DNA from: Myxococcales bacterium
Lineage (GTDB): Bacteria > Myxococcota_A > Polyangia > Polyangiales > Houyiibacteriaceae
Direction: 5' to 3'
DNA length: 64,000 nt
NCBI GenBank assembly: GCA_012744445.1
Contig: JAAYBZ010000138.1
Location: forward strand, 845-64,844
Part shown: piece after piece, positions 26,359-36,304 of the stretch
Layout: each line of letters starts with the position of its first letter
Numbering within the stretch: position 1 is the first letter of the stretch
Notes under the pieces: model-generated
What the model was told of the DNA's origin: nothing
Seen by the model: the letters and a program-made list of their open reading frames with translations, nothing else
The model's database searches: none
Translations under genes and position numbers: made by a program

Positions 26359-28965
26359 ATGCGACCCGATCGACTCACCACCAAGACCCGCGAAGCGCTC
26401 GTCGACGCTCAGAACCTCGCCAACGACAAAGGCCATCCCGAGGTCGTCCCCGAGCACTACTTGATCTCGCTCATCCGTCAGGAAGAGGGGCTCGCCCGTC
26501 CGGTGCTCGAGCGCGCCGGGGCCAACGTCACCACCGTCCTCGAACGCGCGGAGCGAGGGCTCTCGAGGCTCCCCGTGGTGCACGGAGGCGCCGAGGCCAC
26601 CCTCTCTCGCCGGCTCCGCCAGGTGCTCACGCGGGCGTGGAAGGAGACGGAGGCCAAGAAGGACGAGTACACGGCGGCCGACCACGTGCTCCTCGCGATG
26701 GTCCAAGAAGACGACGCGATGCGCGCGGTGATCGGCGTCGACGCCTCGGCGCTCGCGCAGGCCATCGACGCCGTGCGCGGCGGGCAGCGGGTCACCGACC
26801 CCGACCCCGAGGGCAAGTTCCAGGCGCTCGAGAAGTACACGCGCGACATCACGGCGCTCGCCAAGAAGGGCAAGCTCGATCCGGTCATCGGGCGCGACGA
26901 GGAGATCCGGCGCGTGCTCCAGGTCCTCTCGCGCCGCACCAAGAACAACCCGGTGATCATCGGCGAGCCGGGCGTCGGGAAGACGGCCATCGTCGAGGGC
27001 ATCGGCCAGCGCATCGCCAAGGGCGACGTGCCCGAGTCGCTGCAGAACAAGCGCGTCCTCGCCCTCGATCTCGGCGCGATGGTCGCGGGCTCGAAGTTCC
27101 GCGGCGAGTTCGAGGAGCGCCTCAAGGCCGTGCTCCAGGAGATCGAGAAGGCCGAGGGGCAGATCATCCTCTTCATCGACGAGCTCCACACGCTCGTCGG
27201 CGCCGGCGCGGCCGAGGGCTCGATGGACGCGAGCAACATGCTCAAGCCGGCGCTCGCCCGAGGCGAGCTCCGCTGCATCGGCGCGACCACGCTCGAGGAG
27301 TACCGCAAACACATCGAGAAGGACGCGGCGCTCGCGCGGCGTTTCCAGCCGGTCTTCGCCAACGAGCCGAGCGTCGCCGACACCATCGCGATCCTCCGCG
27401 GGCTCAAGGAGCGCTACGAGGTCCACCACGGCATCCGCATCCAGGACTCGGCGCTCGTCGCGGCGGCCACGCTCAGCGACCGGTACATCACCGATCGCTT
27501 CCTCCCCGACAAGGCCATCGACCTCGTCGACGAGGCCGCGTCGCGCCTCAAGATGGAGATCGAGTCGCTCCCGAGCGAGATCGACCAGCTCGAGCGGCGC
27601 GCCACGCAGCTCGAGATCGAGCGCGCGGCCCTCAAGCGCGAGAGCGATCCCGCGAGCCAGAAGCGCCTCGCCGAGCTCGAGGCCGAGCTCTCCGAGCTGA
27701 GCGAGAAGCGCTCGACGATGCGCGCCAAGTGGATGCGCGAGAAGGAGCTCATCGAGGTCATCCGCGACAAGAAGGAGGCCATCGAGGAGGCTCGGGTCGA
27801 CGCGGAGCGCGCGCAGCGCACGGGCGATCTCGACAAGGCGAGCCGCCTCCTCTACGGCGACATCCCCGCGCTCCAGCGCGAGCTCACCGAGGCACAGCAG
27901 AAGCTCGCCGAGGTGCAGAAGGAGGGGAGCTACCTCAACGAAGAGGTCACCGAGGAGGAGATCGCCGAGATCGTCTCGCGGTGGACGGGCATCCCCGTGA
28001 GCAAGATGCTCGAGGGCGAGAAGGAGAAGCTCCTCAAGATGGAGGAGAAGCTCTCCGAGCGGCTCGTCGGCCAGAAGGAGGCGATCACGGCCGTGAGCAA
28101 CGCGGTGCGCCGATCGCGCGCCGGGCTCGGCGACCCCAACCGCCCCATCGGCTCCTTCCTCTTCCTCGGCCCCACCGGCGTGGGCAAGACCGAGCTCGCG
28201 CGCGCCCTCGCGGAGCTCCTCTTCAACGACGAGCGCGCGATGGTGCGCATCGACATGAGCGAGTACATGGAGAAGCACGCCGTGAGCCGGCTCATCGGCG
28301 CGCCTCCGGGCTACGTCGGCTACGAGGAGGGCGGTCAGCTCACCGAGCCCGTTCGGCGGCGCCCCTACTCCGTCATCCTCTTCGACGAGGTGGAGAAGGC
28401 GCACCCGGACGTGTGGAACACGCTCCTCCAGGTGCTCGACGACGGCCGCCTCACCGACGGTCAGGGGCGCACGGTCGACTTCACCAACACGGTGATCGTC
28501 CTCACCTCGAACGTGGGCAGCGCCGAGATCCAGGACATCGCCGACGAGACGGCGCGGCGGAACGCGGTGATGCACATCCTCCGCCAGCACTTCCGGCCCG
28601 AGTTCCTCAACCGGCTCGACGAGATCATCGTCTTCCACCCGCTCGGCAAGGAGGAGCTCCGCGCCATCGTCGACATCCAGCTCGCGCGCTTCGAGAAGCG
28701 CCTCGCGGAGCGTGAGCTCGGCCTCGAGGTCACCGACGCCGCCAAGGACGCGCTCGGCGAGCTCGGCTACGACCCCACCTACGGCGCGCGGCCGCTCAAG
28801 CGGGCCATCCAGCGCTACGTGGAGAACCCGCTCGCCGAGGACCTCCTCATGGGTCGATACGCGCCGGGCGACGTGGTGGTGATCGACGCCATCGACGGGA
28901 AGCTCGGCTTCACGCGCAAGCGGCGGAACGGCGGCGGGACGACGGAGACGAGCGCGCACGTCTGA
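26359..28965 (+). CDS. clpB: ClpB disaggregase (Hsp104/ClpB AAA+)
   Basis: 868 aa. Two Walker A sites ([16 protein letters not shown]), a coiled-coil middle domain and a Clp N-domain. Confidence 0.95.
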   Translation: MRPDRLTTKTREALVDAQNLANDKGHPEVVPEHYLISLIRQEEGLARPVLERAGANVTTVLERAERGLSRLPVVHGGAEATLSRRLRQVLTRAWKETEAKKDEYTAADHVLLAMVQEDDAMRAVIGVDASALAQAIDAVRGGQRVTDPDPEGKFQALEKYTRDITALAKKGKLDPVIGRDEEIRRVLQVLSRRTKNNPVIIGEPGVGKTAIVEGIGQRIAKGDVPESLQNKRVLALDLGAMVAGSKFRGEFEERLKAVLQEIEKAEGQIILFIDELHTLVGAGAAEGSMDASNMLKPALARGELRCIGATTLEEYRKHIEKDAALARRFQPVFANEPSVADTIAILRGLKERYEVHHGIRIQDSALVAAATLSDRYITDRFLPDKAIDLVDEAASRLKMEIESLPSEIDQLERRATQLEIERAALKRESDPASQKRLAELEAELSELSEKRSTMRAKWMREKELIEVIRDKKEAIEEARVDAERAQRTGDLDKASRLLYGDIPALQRELTEAQQKLAEVQKEGSYLNEEVTEEEIAEIVSRWTGIPVSKMLEGEKEKLLKMEEKLSERLVGQKEAITAVSNAVRRSRAGLGDPNRPIGSFLFLGPTGVGKTELARALAELLFNDERAMVRIDMSEYMEKHAVSRLIGAPPGYVGYEEGGQLTEPVRRRPYSVILFDEVEKAHPDVWNTLLQVLDDGRLTDGQGRTVDFTNTVIVLTSNVGSAEIQDIADETARRNAVMHILRQHFRPEFLNRLDEIIVFHPLGKEELRAIVDIQLARFEKRLAERELGLEVTDAAKDALGELGYDPTYGARPLKRAIQRYVENPLAEDLLMGRYAPGDVVVIDAIDGKLGFTRKRRNGGGTTETSAHV

Positions 28966-29021
28966 ACGCAACCGGCGCGCCGCGGGGCCGATGCATGGGG
29001 CACCACTTCCAAGGAGGCCCC

Positions 29022-29423
29022 ATGCTCACGGTCCTTTCGCTCTCGCCGCTCTTCGCCCCGCTCCTGCTCGAGGTCCTGAGGCCCACGGGCCCGCGCCTTC
29101 CGGCGCGCATCCTCGTCGGCTCACTGCTCCTCTTCGCGCTGGGCGCCGTGACGTTCCAGCGGGTCGAGCCCCTCGAGGCCTTCGCGATCCACGCCGCCGC
29201 CGCGGCCCTCGTCCGGTGTCTCGGACGCCGGAGCGACGTGATCACCGAGATCCTCGACGTCGGGCTCGTCTCGCTCCTCATCGGCTGCGCGCTCGCCGGC
29301 GCCTTCTACGTCGTCTCGAGCCCTCGCCTCTCCCTCACCACCGCCCTCTCGGGGCTCCTGATCGCCGCCCTCCCGTGGATCCGGCTGCGGGGCGACGTTG
29401 CGCTCCGGGACTGGGCCAAGTAG
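29022..29423 (+). CDS. small hypothetical membrane protein
   Basis: Four hydrophobic segments and G/C-rich third positions. AAGGAGG lies 4 nt before ATG 29022; the track ORF begins at 28995. Confidence 0.45.
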   Translation: MLTVLSLSPLFAPLLLEVLRPTGPRLPARILVGSLLLFALGAVTFQRVEPLEAFAIHAAAAALVRCLGRRSDVITEILDVGLVSLLIGCALAGAFYVVSSPRLSLTTALSGLLIAALPWIRLRGDVALRDWAK

Positions 29424-29461
29424 ATCAACGTCTTGCGCCCCGCGGGCCTTCGTGCCAAGGT

Positions 29462-29490
29462 CCGCCCCCACTCGGCCCTTTCGGGGGCGG
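29462..29490 (+). other. GC hairpin immediately 5' of rpsU
   Basis: CCGCCCCC (29462-29469) pairs with GGGGGCGG (29483-29490) across a 13-nt loop, and ends 10 nt before ATG 29501. Confidence 0.4.
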
Positions 29491-29500
29491 CAAGGTGGCC

Positions 29501-29743
29501 ATGAACGAGGATTTGATGACGAACGTCGAGGCGATTCAGTGTAAGCCCGTCGAGGTCCAGGTTGGAGACCGCGGCGTGGAGCGTGCGGTCAAGCATCTCA
29601 AGCGGAAGATGGCCGCCGAGGGAATCCTGCGTGAGCTGAAGCGTCGCCGTCACTACATGAAGCCGTCGGTGCGTCGCCGGAAGAAGGCCGCCGAGGCCTC
29701 GCGCCGTCGCCGCAAGCGCCTCCGTCAGCCGGATGCGGCCTGA
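29501..29743 (+). CDS. rpsU: 30S ribosomal protein S21
   Basis: VEVQVGDRGVERAVKHLKRKMAAEGILRELKRRRHYMKPSVRRRKK and a basic tail. An alternative ATG 29516 is preceded by GAGGA. Confidence 0.8.
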   Translation: MNEDLMTNVEAIQCKPVEVQVGDRGVERAVKHLKRKMAAEGILRELKRRRHYMKPSVRRRKKAAEASRRRRKRLRQPDAA

Positions 29744-30182
29744 GCGCCCGCGCCCACAAATTCCTCCAAGCCCGCGAAACCCGTGGGCTTTTCTGTTTTC
29801 CCTCCTCCTCTTTTCGGGCCTGCTCGTCGGCTGCGCTCCCGAGGAGCGCCCGTACCCGCCCGACCGTCCCACGACGCCCCCGCCCGGGCTGAGCGTCCGC
29901 GAGTGGGGTGAGAAGATCTTCCGCGATCAGGGCTGCGCCGGCTGCCACGACCTCGGCGGCACCGACGGCGCCGGGGGCACGCTCGTGGGCATCCTCGGCC
30001 GGGAGCGCCGGCTGAGCACGGGCGAGGTCGTCGTCGCCGACGAGGACTACCTCCGGACGAGCATCCTCAGCCCCAACGCCCAGATCGTCGCGGGGCGCCC
30101 CGCCGTGATGCCGAGCTATCGCGACAAGCTCGGCCCGGCCGAGATCGACGCGCTCGTCACCTTCCTCGCCCAGTTGAGGTAG
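29733..30182 (+). CDS. c-type cytochrome lipoprotein
   Basis: Lipobox LLVGC, heme motif CAGCH, Met ligand region AVMPSY. ATG 29733 is the only canonical start and overlaps the rpsU end. Confidence 0.65.
   Translation: MRPERPRPQIPPSPRNPWAFLFSLLLFSGLLVGCAPEERPYPPDRPTTPPPGLSVREWGEKIFRDQGCAGCHDLGGTDGAGGTLVGILGRERRLSTGEVVVADEDYLRTSILSPNAQIVAGRPAVMPSYRDKLGPAEIDALVTFLAQLR
29768..29799 (+). terminator. intrinsic terminator-like hairpin after rpsU
   Basis: AAGCCCGCG / CGTGGGCTT 9-bp stem (one G-U pair), loop AAACC, then TTCTGTTTT. It lies inside the predicted 5' end of the next ORF. Confidence 0.5.
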
Positions 30183-30251
30183 GTCGGAGCCGCCTGCGCC
30201 ATGAGGACGAGATCGCTTGCGCGTGCGTCGTGCCCGCGCTTCATCCCGCCC

Positions 30252-30932
30252 ATGACGAAGATCACGGTCGGGCTCGCGCTCCTCTCGCTGTCGGCGTGCG
30301 GCGGCGCTTCGCCGGGGCCGAGCCCGCCGGGCGAAGCGGCGTCCGAAGGTGAGGCGGCGGAGGTCGCGAGCGGCGAGCTCGCGGCCGAGGCGCGCGAGGT
30401 GCTCGGCGAGCGCTGCGACGCCCGGTACACGGGCCTCATGGACCTCACCGCGATCTTCGTCGACGTACCTTCCGAGCGCGGACGCGTCGTCGTTCCCGCG
30501 CTCGGCGATGGCTACGTCATCGACTGCCGTCCCGAGGGCACGCGGCTCGTCTTGGCGCACCACCCCGAGCGCGCGCGGGAGGTGGAGCTCGAGCTCGATC
30601 CCCACGTGAAGGAGGAGCCCGATCTCGCGGCCGAAGGGAACCGCATCGCCCGCGAGCACGAGGCTCGCGCCAAGTCGGCGGGGGCTGCGGAGATCACGCA
30701 CTCCAAGGTGTGGATGGTCGGCGAGACCTCGTTCTTCTACTTCTTCGGGGCGCGTCGCGACGACGGGGAGACCGAGGCGATGCTCCACGTCTACGGGCTC
30801 ATCCCCTGCGAAGGGGGGCTCCTTCGGTACCACGCGAGCGAACGCACCCAGGATCCCGAGGCGCTCGACGCGCGCACGGTCGAAGGGCTCCTCATCCTCG
30901 CGAACGGGTTCATGGTCCTTCCGCCGCCATGA
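30252..30932 (+). CDS. hypothetical lipoprotein
   Basis: MTKITVGLALLSLSAC lipobox signal from ATG 30252; the track ORF starts at 30201. Confidence 0.5.
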   Translation: MTKITVGLALLSLSACGGASPGPSPPGEAASEGEAAEVASGELAAEAREVLGERCDARYTGLMDLTAIFVDVPSERGRVVVPALGDGYVIDCRPEGTRLVLAHHPERAREVELELDPHVKEEPDLAAEGNRIAREHEARAKSAGAAEITHSKVWMVGETSFFYFFGARRDDGETEAMLHVYGLIPCEGGLLRYHASERTQDPEALDARTVEGLLILANGFMVLPPP

Positions 30933-30966
30933 GGGAGCACGGCGGGATCCGCAGCGCGGGCGCGGG

Positions 30967-31788
30967 TCAGCCACCGCGCCGCTCGCGCAGCACGGACTCG
31001 AAGGCCGCGCCGAAGAGCACGGAGAAGGTGCCGAGCCAGATCCACATCATGAGCACGACGACGCCCGTGAGCGCGCCGTAGGTCTTGGTGTAGTCGGCGA
31101 AGACGTCCACGTAGATCGAGAAGCCGAAGGAGACGACGATCCAGAGCGCCGTGGCGACGACGACGCCGGGGCTCAGCACGGTGCGGATTCGGATCGGCGC
31201 GCCTTCGGCGAGGCGGAAGAGGACGCCGATCGAGGCGACGACCGTCGCCGTGAGGAAGAGCCAGCGCGCGCTCCGTAGGAGCCGCCACGCGCCTTCGAGC
31301 TGGAGGAGCTCGAGGATCGGGGGGACGGCGGCGATGAGGCCGACCGCGATCGTGATGAAGACGACGGTGCCGACCATCATCGCGAAGGCAAGGAGGCGCT
31401 GGCGGAGGGCGCTCCGCACCTCGCCGAGCCCGAAGATCCACTGGATGGCCTTGAGGAGGTTGAAGGCGCCGCGCGAGGCGCTCCAGAAGGCCACGACGAG
31501 GGCGGCGATCACGCCCCCGCCGAGCTTCCCCGGCGTGTCCTGCGCGAGGTCGTCGAGCTGACGGCGGAGGATGGAGCTCGCGTCCTCGGGCAGGAGCTTC
31601 GCGAGCGACTCGGCGTGGTGCGCCATGGTCTCGGCGTCGGCGACGAGGCCGTAGCCGAAGACCGCGGCGATGAGGGCCGGGAAGAGCGAGAGGAAGACGT
31701 AGAACGCGACGCCCGCGGAGAAGAGCGCGGCGTGCCGCTCGGAGGAGCGGCGGAGGGTCGCGGCGAAGACGTTCAGGAGCTCCCGCAT
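30967..31788 (-). CDS. YihY/BrkB family inner membrane protein
   Basis: FSAGVAFYVFLSLFPALI, WSASRGAFNLLKA and YGALTGVVVLMMWIWL; six predicted helices. Confidence 0.8.
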   Translation of the reverse strand: MRELLNVFAATLRRSSERHAALFSAGVAFYVFLSLFPALIAAVFGYGLVADAETMAHHAESLAKLLPEDASSILRRQLDDLAQDTPGKLGGGVIAALVVAFWSASRGAFNLLKAIQWIFGLGEVRSALRQRLLAFAMMVGTVVFITIAVGLIAAVPPILELLQLEGAWRLLRSARWLFLTATVVASIGVLFRLAEGAPIRIRTVLSPGVVVATALWIVVSFGFSIYVDVFADYTKTYGALTGVVVLMMWIWLGTFSVLFGAAFESVLRERRGG

Positions 31789-31825
31789 CGATGCACGCCC
31801 CCACGATAGCGTGCGGGCGGGGGGC

Positions 31826-32470
31826 TCAGGCGAATTCGAGGACGAGCCCCACGTCGAGGCGCGTGATGCCGTCGGGGGCGCGCTCGCTCCGGAGGTCTTC
31901 GTAGGAGAGGGCGAAGTCGGTGAGCCCGCCGAGCTGGAAGACGTGCGTGTAGTACGCCTCGAAGACGGCGCTCTGCCAGCAGCCGAGCTCGATGGGGATG
32001 CCCTTGAGGCGGCCGACCACGCGCTTCGGCGAGGACTCGATCGGCTCGAAGGTGAGGTAGTCGAGGTACTGCGCGAGGACCTTGGGCAGACGGCTCCCGA
32101 TCATGCGCGGCGAGAGGATCGAGAGGAGCCATTTGTACACGCCGCGGATGTCGGCCTCGGCCTGCGCGATGGTGCGGCGGCGGACGAATTCGTGGAAGGG
32201 CAGGCCGGTGAGATCGGCGCAGATCACGCCCGCGTGGGCGAGCGGCATCACGTCGTAGAAATTCGACGCGAGGAAGACCTGGTCGAAGAAGGCCGCCACG
32301 GCGGGATCGGGGAAGGCGGCCTTCATCGCGTCGACACCGCCCGGGACGTGCGCTTCGACGTATTCGAGGTGCCCGCGGTAGGCGATGCCCTTGACGTGGA
32401 AGGGGCTCTCGCCCGGCGGATACCGCAGCGAACGGAGCTCGCTTCCGTCGGTGATGAGGCTCACACCCAT
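31826..32470 (-). CDS. TIGR02265/DUF2378-like (myxobacteria-restricted family) protein
   Basis: 214 aa from ATG 32470 (residue count). HVKGIAYRGHLEYV... resembles this paralogous family from memory. The rest of the 964-aa track ORF is a shadow. Confidence 0.5.
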   Translation of the reverse strand: MGVSLITDGSELRSLRYPPGESPFHVKGIAYRGHLEYVEAHVPGGVDAMKAAFPDPAVAAFFDQVFLASNFYDVMPLAHAGVICADLTGLPFHEFVRRRTIAQAEADIRGVYKWLLSILSPRMIGSRLPKVLAQYLDYLTFEPIESSPKRVVGRLKGIPIELGCWQSAVFEAYYTHVFQLGGLTDFALSYEDLRSERAPDGITRLDVGLVLEFA

Positions 32471-32551
32471 CGCTTCAAGATAGCGCCGATCGCGGAGCGG
32501 GGAAAACCGGCCCCGTTCCGCCGAGCGCGCGACTCTGGCATCGTCGTCGCG

Positions 32552-33952
32552 ATGCGCGCCCTCTTCCTCCTCGGCCTCGCCGCGCTCGCCGCGTGCGGGA
32601 GCGAAACTCCGAAGGACACGAACGAGCCTCCGGAAGATCCTCCCGAGCTCCGCTGGCCGAGGGCGTTCGGATCCACCGACGAGCTCGGCGAGCGCCGCGG
32701 GCGACGCTTCGCGCGCGCCATCGTGCACCTGCACTCGCCGCTCTCGCACGACGCGTGCGACGGCGAAGGCTGGGTCGACGGCGCGCTCGCCGACGAGGCC
32801 TGCCTCGCGAGCCTGCGCGACGCGCTCTGCACCCTCCGCGTCGACGTGGCGATGATCACCGACCACGCGCCGCACGTGAACACCGTGCCCTTCGAGGACG
32901 CCTACCTGCGCGATCCCGCCGACGAGGAGATCCGCGACGACGAAGGCGCGCTCGTCGCGACGCGGATCGCGTGCGCCTCGGGGCATCGTGTGCTCGTCCG
33001 CCTCGGCAGCGAGAACGACCTCATGCCCATCGGGCTCTCGCGCCACCCCGGCGACGGCCTCTCGGTCGGCGAGCTGAACGAGCTCTACGACGGGAACGAC
33101 GAAGCCGCGGTCGAGGCGTTCCGCGAAGCGGGTGCGCTCGTCTGGGCGGCGCACGGCGAGTCCAAGCCCTTCGCGCACGTGCGCGCGCTCGGTCTCGACG
33201 GAATGGAGATCTACAACCTCCACGCGAACGTCGACCCGACGATCCGCCGCGACTACCTCGGCCTCGGGCCGCTCGACTTCGCGGGGGCGCTCCTCCAGTT
33301 CGCGCTCAGAAAGACCCTCGCGCCCGACCTCGCGGTGCTCGCCTTCCTCGAGGAGAGCCGCCCGGCGCTCGCGACCTTCGACGCGCTCCTCGCCGACGGG
33401 ATGCGCATCACCGGCACCGGCGGCTGCGACGCGCACGAGAACACCTTCCCCGTCGAGCTCGCCGACGGCGAACGCGCCGACAGCTACCGCCGCATGATGA
33501 GCTGGATCACCAACCACCTCCTCGTCGACGAGCGCTCGCCCGAGGGCGTGCACGAGGCGCTCGAGCGCGGGCGCGTCTTCGTGGTCTTCGAGGTGCTCGG
33601 CACCCCGCGTGGGCTCGACTTCGTGGCCGAGGCCGAGGGCGAGCTCTTCGAGATGGGCGAGACGGCGCCGCTCGGCGCGACCCTGCGCGTCGCGGGGCCC
33701 ACGATCGACGCGCGCTGGCCGTCCGAGGGCGCGAGCTACGTGGTGCGCCTCCTCCGCGCCACGCCCGAGGGCGCGGTCGAGGTCGCCTCGGCCGTCGACG
33801 AGGGGCTCGAGCACACGCCCACCGAAGCCGGCGCCTACCGCGTCGAGATCCGCATGCTCCCGGAGCACGCGCGCCCCTTCCTGGGCTCGCTCGCCGACGA
33901 CCTCGTGCGCGAGGTCCCCTGGATCTACTCCAACGCCATCTTCGTCGAGTAG
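32552..33952 (+). CDS. PHP-domain-like lipoprotein
   Basis: Lipobox LAALAACG and His-rich metal motifs VHLHSPLSHD, ITDHAPH, GGCDAHEN. ATG 32552 is in frame with the 713-aa track ORF. Confidence 0.55.
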   Translation: MRALFLLGLAALAACGSETPKDTNEPPEDPPELRWPRAFGSTDELGERRGRRFARAIVHLHSPLSHDACDGEGWVDGALADEACLASLRDALCTLRVDVAMITDHAPHVNTVPFEDAYLRDPADEEIRDDEGALVATRIACASGHRVLVRLGSENDLMPIGLSRHPGDGLSVGELNELYDGNDEAAVEAFREAGALVWAAHGESKPFAHVRALGLDGMEIYNLHANVDPTIRRDYLGLGPLDFAGALLQFALRKTLAPDLAVLAFLEESRPALATFDALLADGMRITGTGGCDAHENTFPVELADGERADSYRRMMSWITNHLLVDERSPEGVHEALERGRVFVVFEVLGTPRGLDFVAEAEGELFEMGETAPLGATLRVAGPTIDARWPSEGASYVVRLLRATPEGAVEVASAVDEGLEHTPTEAGAYRVEIRMLPEHARPFLGSLADDLVREVPWIYSNAIFVE

Positions 33953-33967
33953 TGGTACTAAGGGGCC

Positions 33968-34810
33968 GTGACCCTCGATCCGAAGAAAGTCGGGCAGAAG
34001 ACCGAGCCCCACCGCGTGCGGTACGTCGATCGCGACGTGCTCCTCTACAACCTCGCCATCGGCGCCGAAGCAGAGCGCGATCTCCCGTTGCTCTACGAGG
34101 GCTTCGGCCCCAAGGTCGTGCCGTCGTTCGCGGTGATCCTCGCGTGGCCCGCGATCACCGAGCTCTTCGACATCGTGATGGGCGGTGACCTCTCGGGCAT
34201 CGTGCACGGCGCGCAGTCGATCCGCCTGCACAGGCCGCTCCCGCCCGAGGCCGAGGTCTTCACCACGGGGCGCATCGACGGCTTCTACGACCTCAAGCGC
34301 CTCGCCGTCTCCGTGCTCTCCACCGAGACGCGCACGGCGGGCGGCGAGCTCCTCGCCGAGACGGAATGGGAGGTCGTGCACCTCACCGAGGGCGGCTTCG
34401 GCGGCGAGAAGCCTCCCAAGAAGCCGCGCCCGCCCAAGCCCGACGCGGCGCCGCTCTTCGAGGTCGAGGTGGAGACGCGCCCCGAGCAAGCGCTCCTCTA
34501 CCGGCTCACCGGCGATCGCAACCCGCTCCACGCCGATCCGGAATTCGCCAAGAAGGTCGGCTTCGATCGGCCGATCCTGCACGGGCTCTGCACCTTCGGC
34601 ATCGTCGCGCGCGTGCTCACGCGCGAGCTCGCCGGCAACGAGCCGTCCAAGCTCCGCGCGCTCCGCGGGCAGTTCGTCAAGCCGGTCTTCCCGGGCGAGA
34701 CGCTCGTGGTCCGCGCGCACCGCATCGACGAGGGGATCCGCGTCGAGGCCGAGGTGGAGGAGCGCGGCGAGATCGTCTTCGGCTTCGGCCTCGCCGAGCT
34801 CGAGGGATGA
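33968..34810 (+). CDS. double hot-dog MaoC-like (R)-specific enoyl-CoA hydratase (hydratase-2 type)
   Basis: YRLTGDRNPLHADPEFAKKVGFDRPILHGLCTFG plus an N-terminal degenerate hot-dog half. Confidence 0.8.
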   Translation: MTLDPKKVGQKTEPHRVRYVDRDVLLYNLAIGAEAERDLPLLYEGFGPKVVPSFAVILAWPAITELFDIVMGGDLSGIVHGAQSIRLHRPLPPEAEVFTTGRIDGFYDLKRLAVSVLSTETRTAGGELLAETEWEVVHLTEGGFGGEKPPKKPRPPKPDAAPLFEVEVETRPEQALLYRLTGDRNPLHADPEFAKKVGFDRPILHGLCTFGIVARVLTRELAGNEPSKLRALRGQFVKPVFPGETLVVRAHRIDEGIRVEAEVEERGEIVFGFGLAELEG

Positions 34811-35511
34811 TCGACGCGCTCCGCGCCGCGCTCGCGTCGGCCGGCTTCGGCGTGACGGCCGTGGGGCAGGTGGGTCCCTACAACCGCGAGGTCGGGCCCA
34901 TCGCGCCCGCGTTCGTGCTCCCCGACTTCGGGCGGGAGGACGCGCTCGTCCTCCTCGTGGGCAACGGCGGCGAGCTCCTCGAGGCGCTCCGCGCCGCCGC
35001 GGCGGCCGAGCCTTCGTTCGCCTCGCGCCCGGACCCCATCGAGCACCTCACGCGCGAGGTCGTCACACGCCTCGCGCGGACCCACCTCGGAGGCGTCTCG
35101 CACGCGATCCGCTTCACGGCCGATCCGCCGCCGCGGACCTTCGCGGCGGTGCGGCTCGCGCGCCTGCTCGGGCTCGCGGAGACCGGGCCGACGCAGCTCT
35201 CGATCCACCCCGAGCGCGGGCCCTGGATCGCGCTCCGCGCGGCGATCGTCGTCGACGTGGAAGGGCCCGTGCCCGAGGCGCCCGCCTCCCGATGCGCGCG
35301 TTGCGAAGGACGGCCGTGCGTGCCCGCGATGGACGCGGCGCTCGAGGCGATCGGGGGCCTTCCGAACCTCGGACGGGCGACGCTCCGGGCCCACGCCGAT
35401 CGCTTCATCGCAGCGCGGAAGGCCTGCCCCGTCGGGCGCGACCACACCTATCCGGGCCCCCTGCTCCGATACCACTACACTCTCGAGAGAGACCTTCTCT
35501 TCCCGCGTTGA
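34807..35511 (+). CDS. CblC/MMACHC-like (QueG/RdhA-type cobalamin-binding fold) protein, tentative
   Basis: ATGA overlap with the MaoC gene. GFGVTAV...ALVLLVGNGG...SIHPERGPWIALRAAIVVDVEGP parallels the human MMACHC block [20 protein letters not shown] as remembered. Also contains CARCEGRPC...CPVG. Confidence 0.4.
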   Translation: MIDALRAALASAGFGVTAVGQVGPYNREVGPIAPAFVLPDFGREDALVLLVGNGGELLEALRAAAAAEPSFASRPDPIEHLTREVVTRLARTHLGGVSHAIRFTADPPPRTFAAVRLARLLGLAETGPTQLSIHPERGPWIALRAAIVVDVEGPVPEAPASRCARCEGRPCVPAMDAALEAIGGLPNLGRATLRAHADRFIAARKACPVGRDHTYPGPLLRYHYTLERDLLFPR

Positions 35512-35530
35512 AGGTCGAGCGGAGCGCACC

Positions 35531-36292
35531 ATGTCGAAACCCTCGGTCAAGCAGTACTACGAGCCGGCCCCCGACACCGACTTCGAGGCGTTCGCCGCCG
35601 TCGTCGAGTCGAGGCGGAGCATCCGCCGCTTCGCGGACGAGCCCATCCCGGACGAGGTCGTCCACCGCTGCCTCGACCTCGCGCTCCTCGCGCCCACGTC
35701 GAGCAACCTCCAGGCCTGGGAGTTCTACCGCGTGGTCGATCCCGAGAAGAAGAAGCGCCTCGCCGAGGCCTGCCTCTCGCAGCCCGCGGCCACCACCGCG
35801 CCCGAGCTCATCGTCGCGGTCGCGCGCCTCGACACCTGGGAGGAGCACAGCGACGCGATCCTCGAGGTGCTCGAGCGATCGGAGTGGGCGTGGCCCAAGT
35901 CGATGAAGCTCTACTACAAGGTCGTGACGCGCGTGGCCTACGGGCTCGGCCGCTTCGGCGAGCTCTCGCTCTTCAAGCGCGCCGCGATCCCGCTCACGGG
36001 CCTCTTCCGCCCGATCCCGCGCGGGCCGAAGTCGCGCGCCGAGCTCGTCACCTGGGCGGTGAAGTCCTCGGCGCTCGCCTGCGAGAACCTCATCCTGGCC
36101 TTCCGCGCCGCGGGCTACGACACCTGCGCGATGGAGGGCATGGACGAGGCGCGCGTGAAGCGCATCGTCGGGCTCGGCGACAACCCCGACGCGATCGTCA
36201 CCATGGTGATCAGCGCGGGCAAGCGCGTCCCCGGCGGCGTCTACGGCCCGCGCATCCGGCTCCCGCGGGAGCGCTTCATCCACGAGGTCTGA
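35531..36292 (+). CDS. nitroreductase family protein
   Basis: VVESRRSIRRFADEPIPDEVV...LAPTSSNLQAWEF is a typical nitroreductase N-terminus. Confidence 0.85.
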   Translation: MSKPSVKQYYEPAPDTDFEAFAAVVESRRSIRRFADEPIPDEVVHRCLDLALLAPTSSNLQAWEFYRVVDPEKKKRLAEACLSQPAATTAPELIVAVARLDTWEEHSDAILEVLERSEWAWPKSMKLYYKVVTRVAYGLGRFGELSLFKRAAIPLTGLFRPIPRGPKSRAELVTWAVKSSALACENLILAFRAAGYDTCAMEGMDEARVKRIVGLGDNPDAIVTMVISAGKRVPGGVYGPRIRLPRERFIHEV

Positions 36293-36304
36293 GCAGGGCG
36301 CGCC

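Noticed and set aside
26344-28971. 875-aa minus ORF and 829-aa plus ORF (26226-28715) overlapping clpB
   Set aside because: ClpB is unambiguous in its frame. The alternatives are Arg/Glu/Asp low-complexity shadows.
32471-34720. Upstream 750 codons of the 964-aa minus ORF
   Set aside because: This part is antisense to the PHP-lipoprotein and MaoC genes. Only the last 214 codons resemble a real family and start at an ATG.
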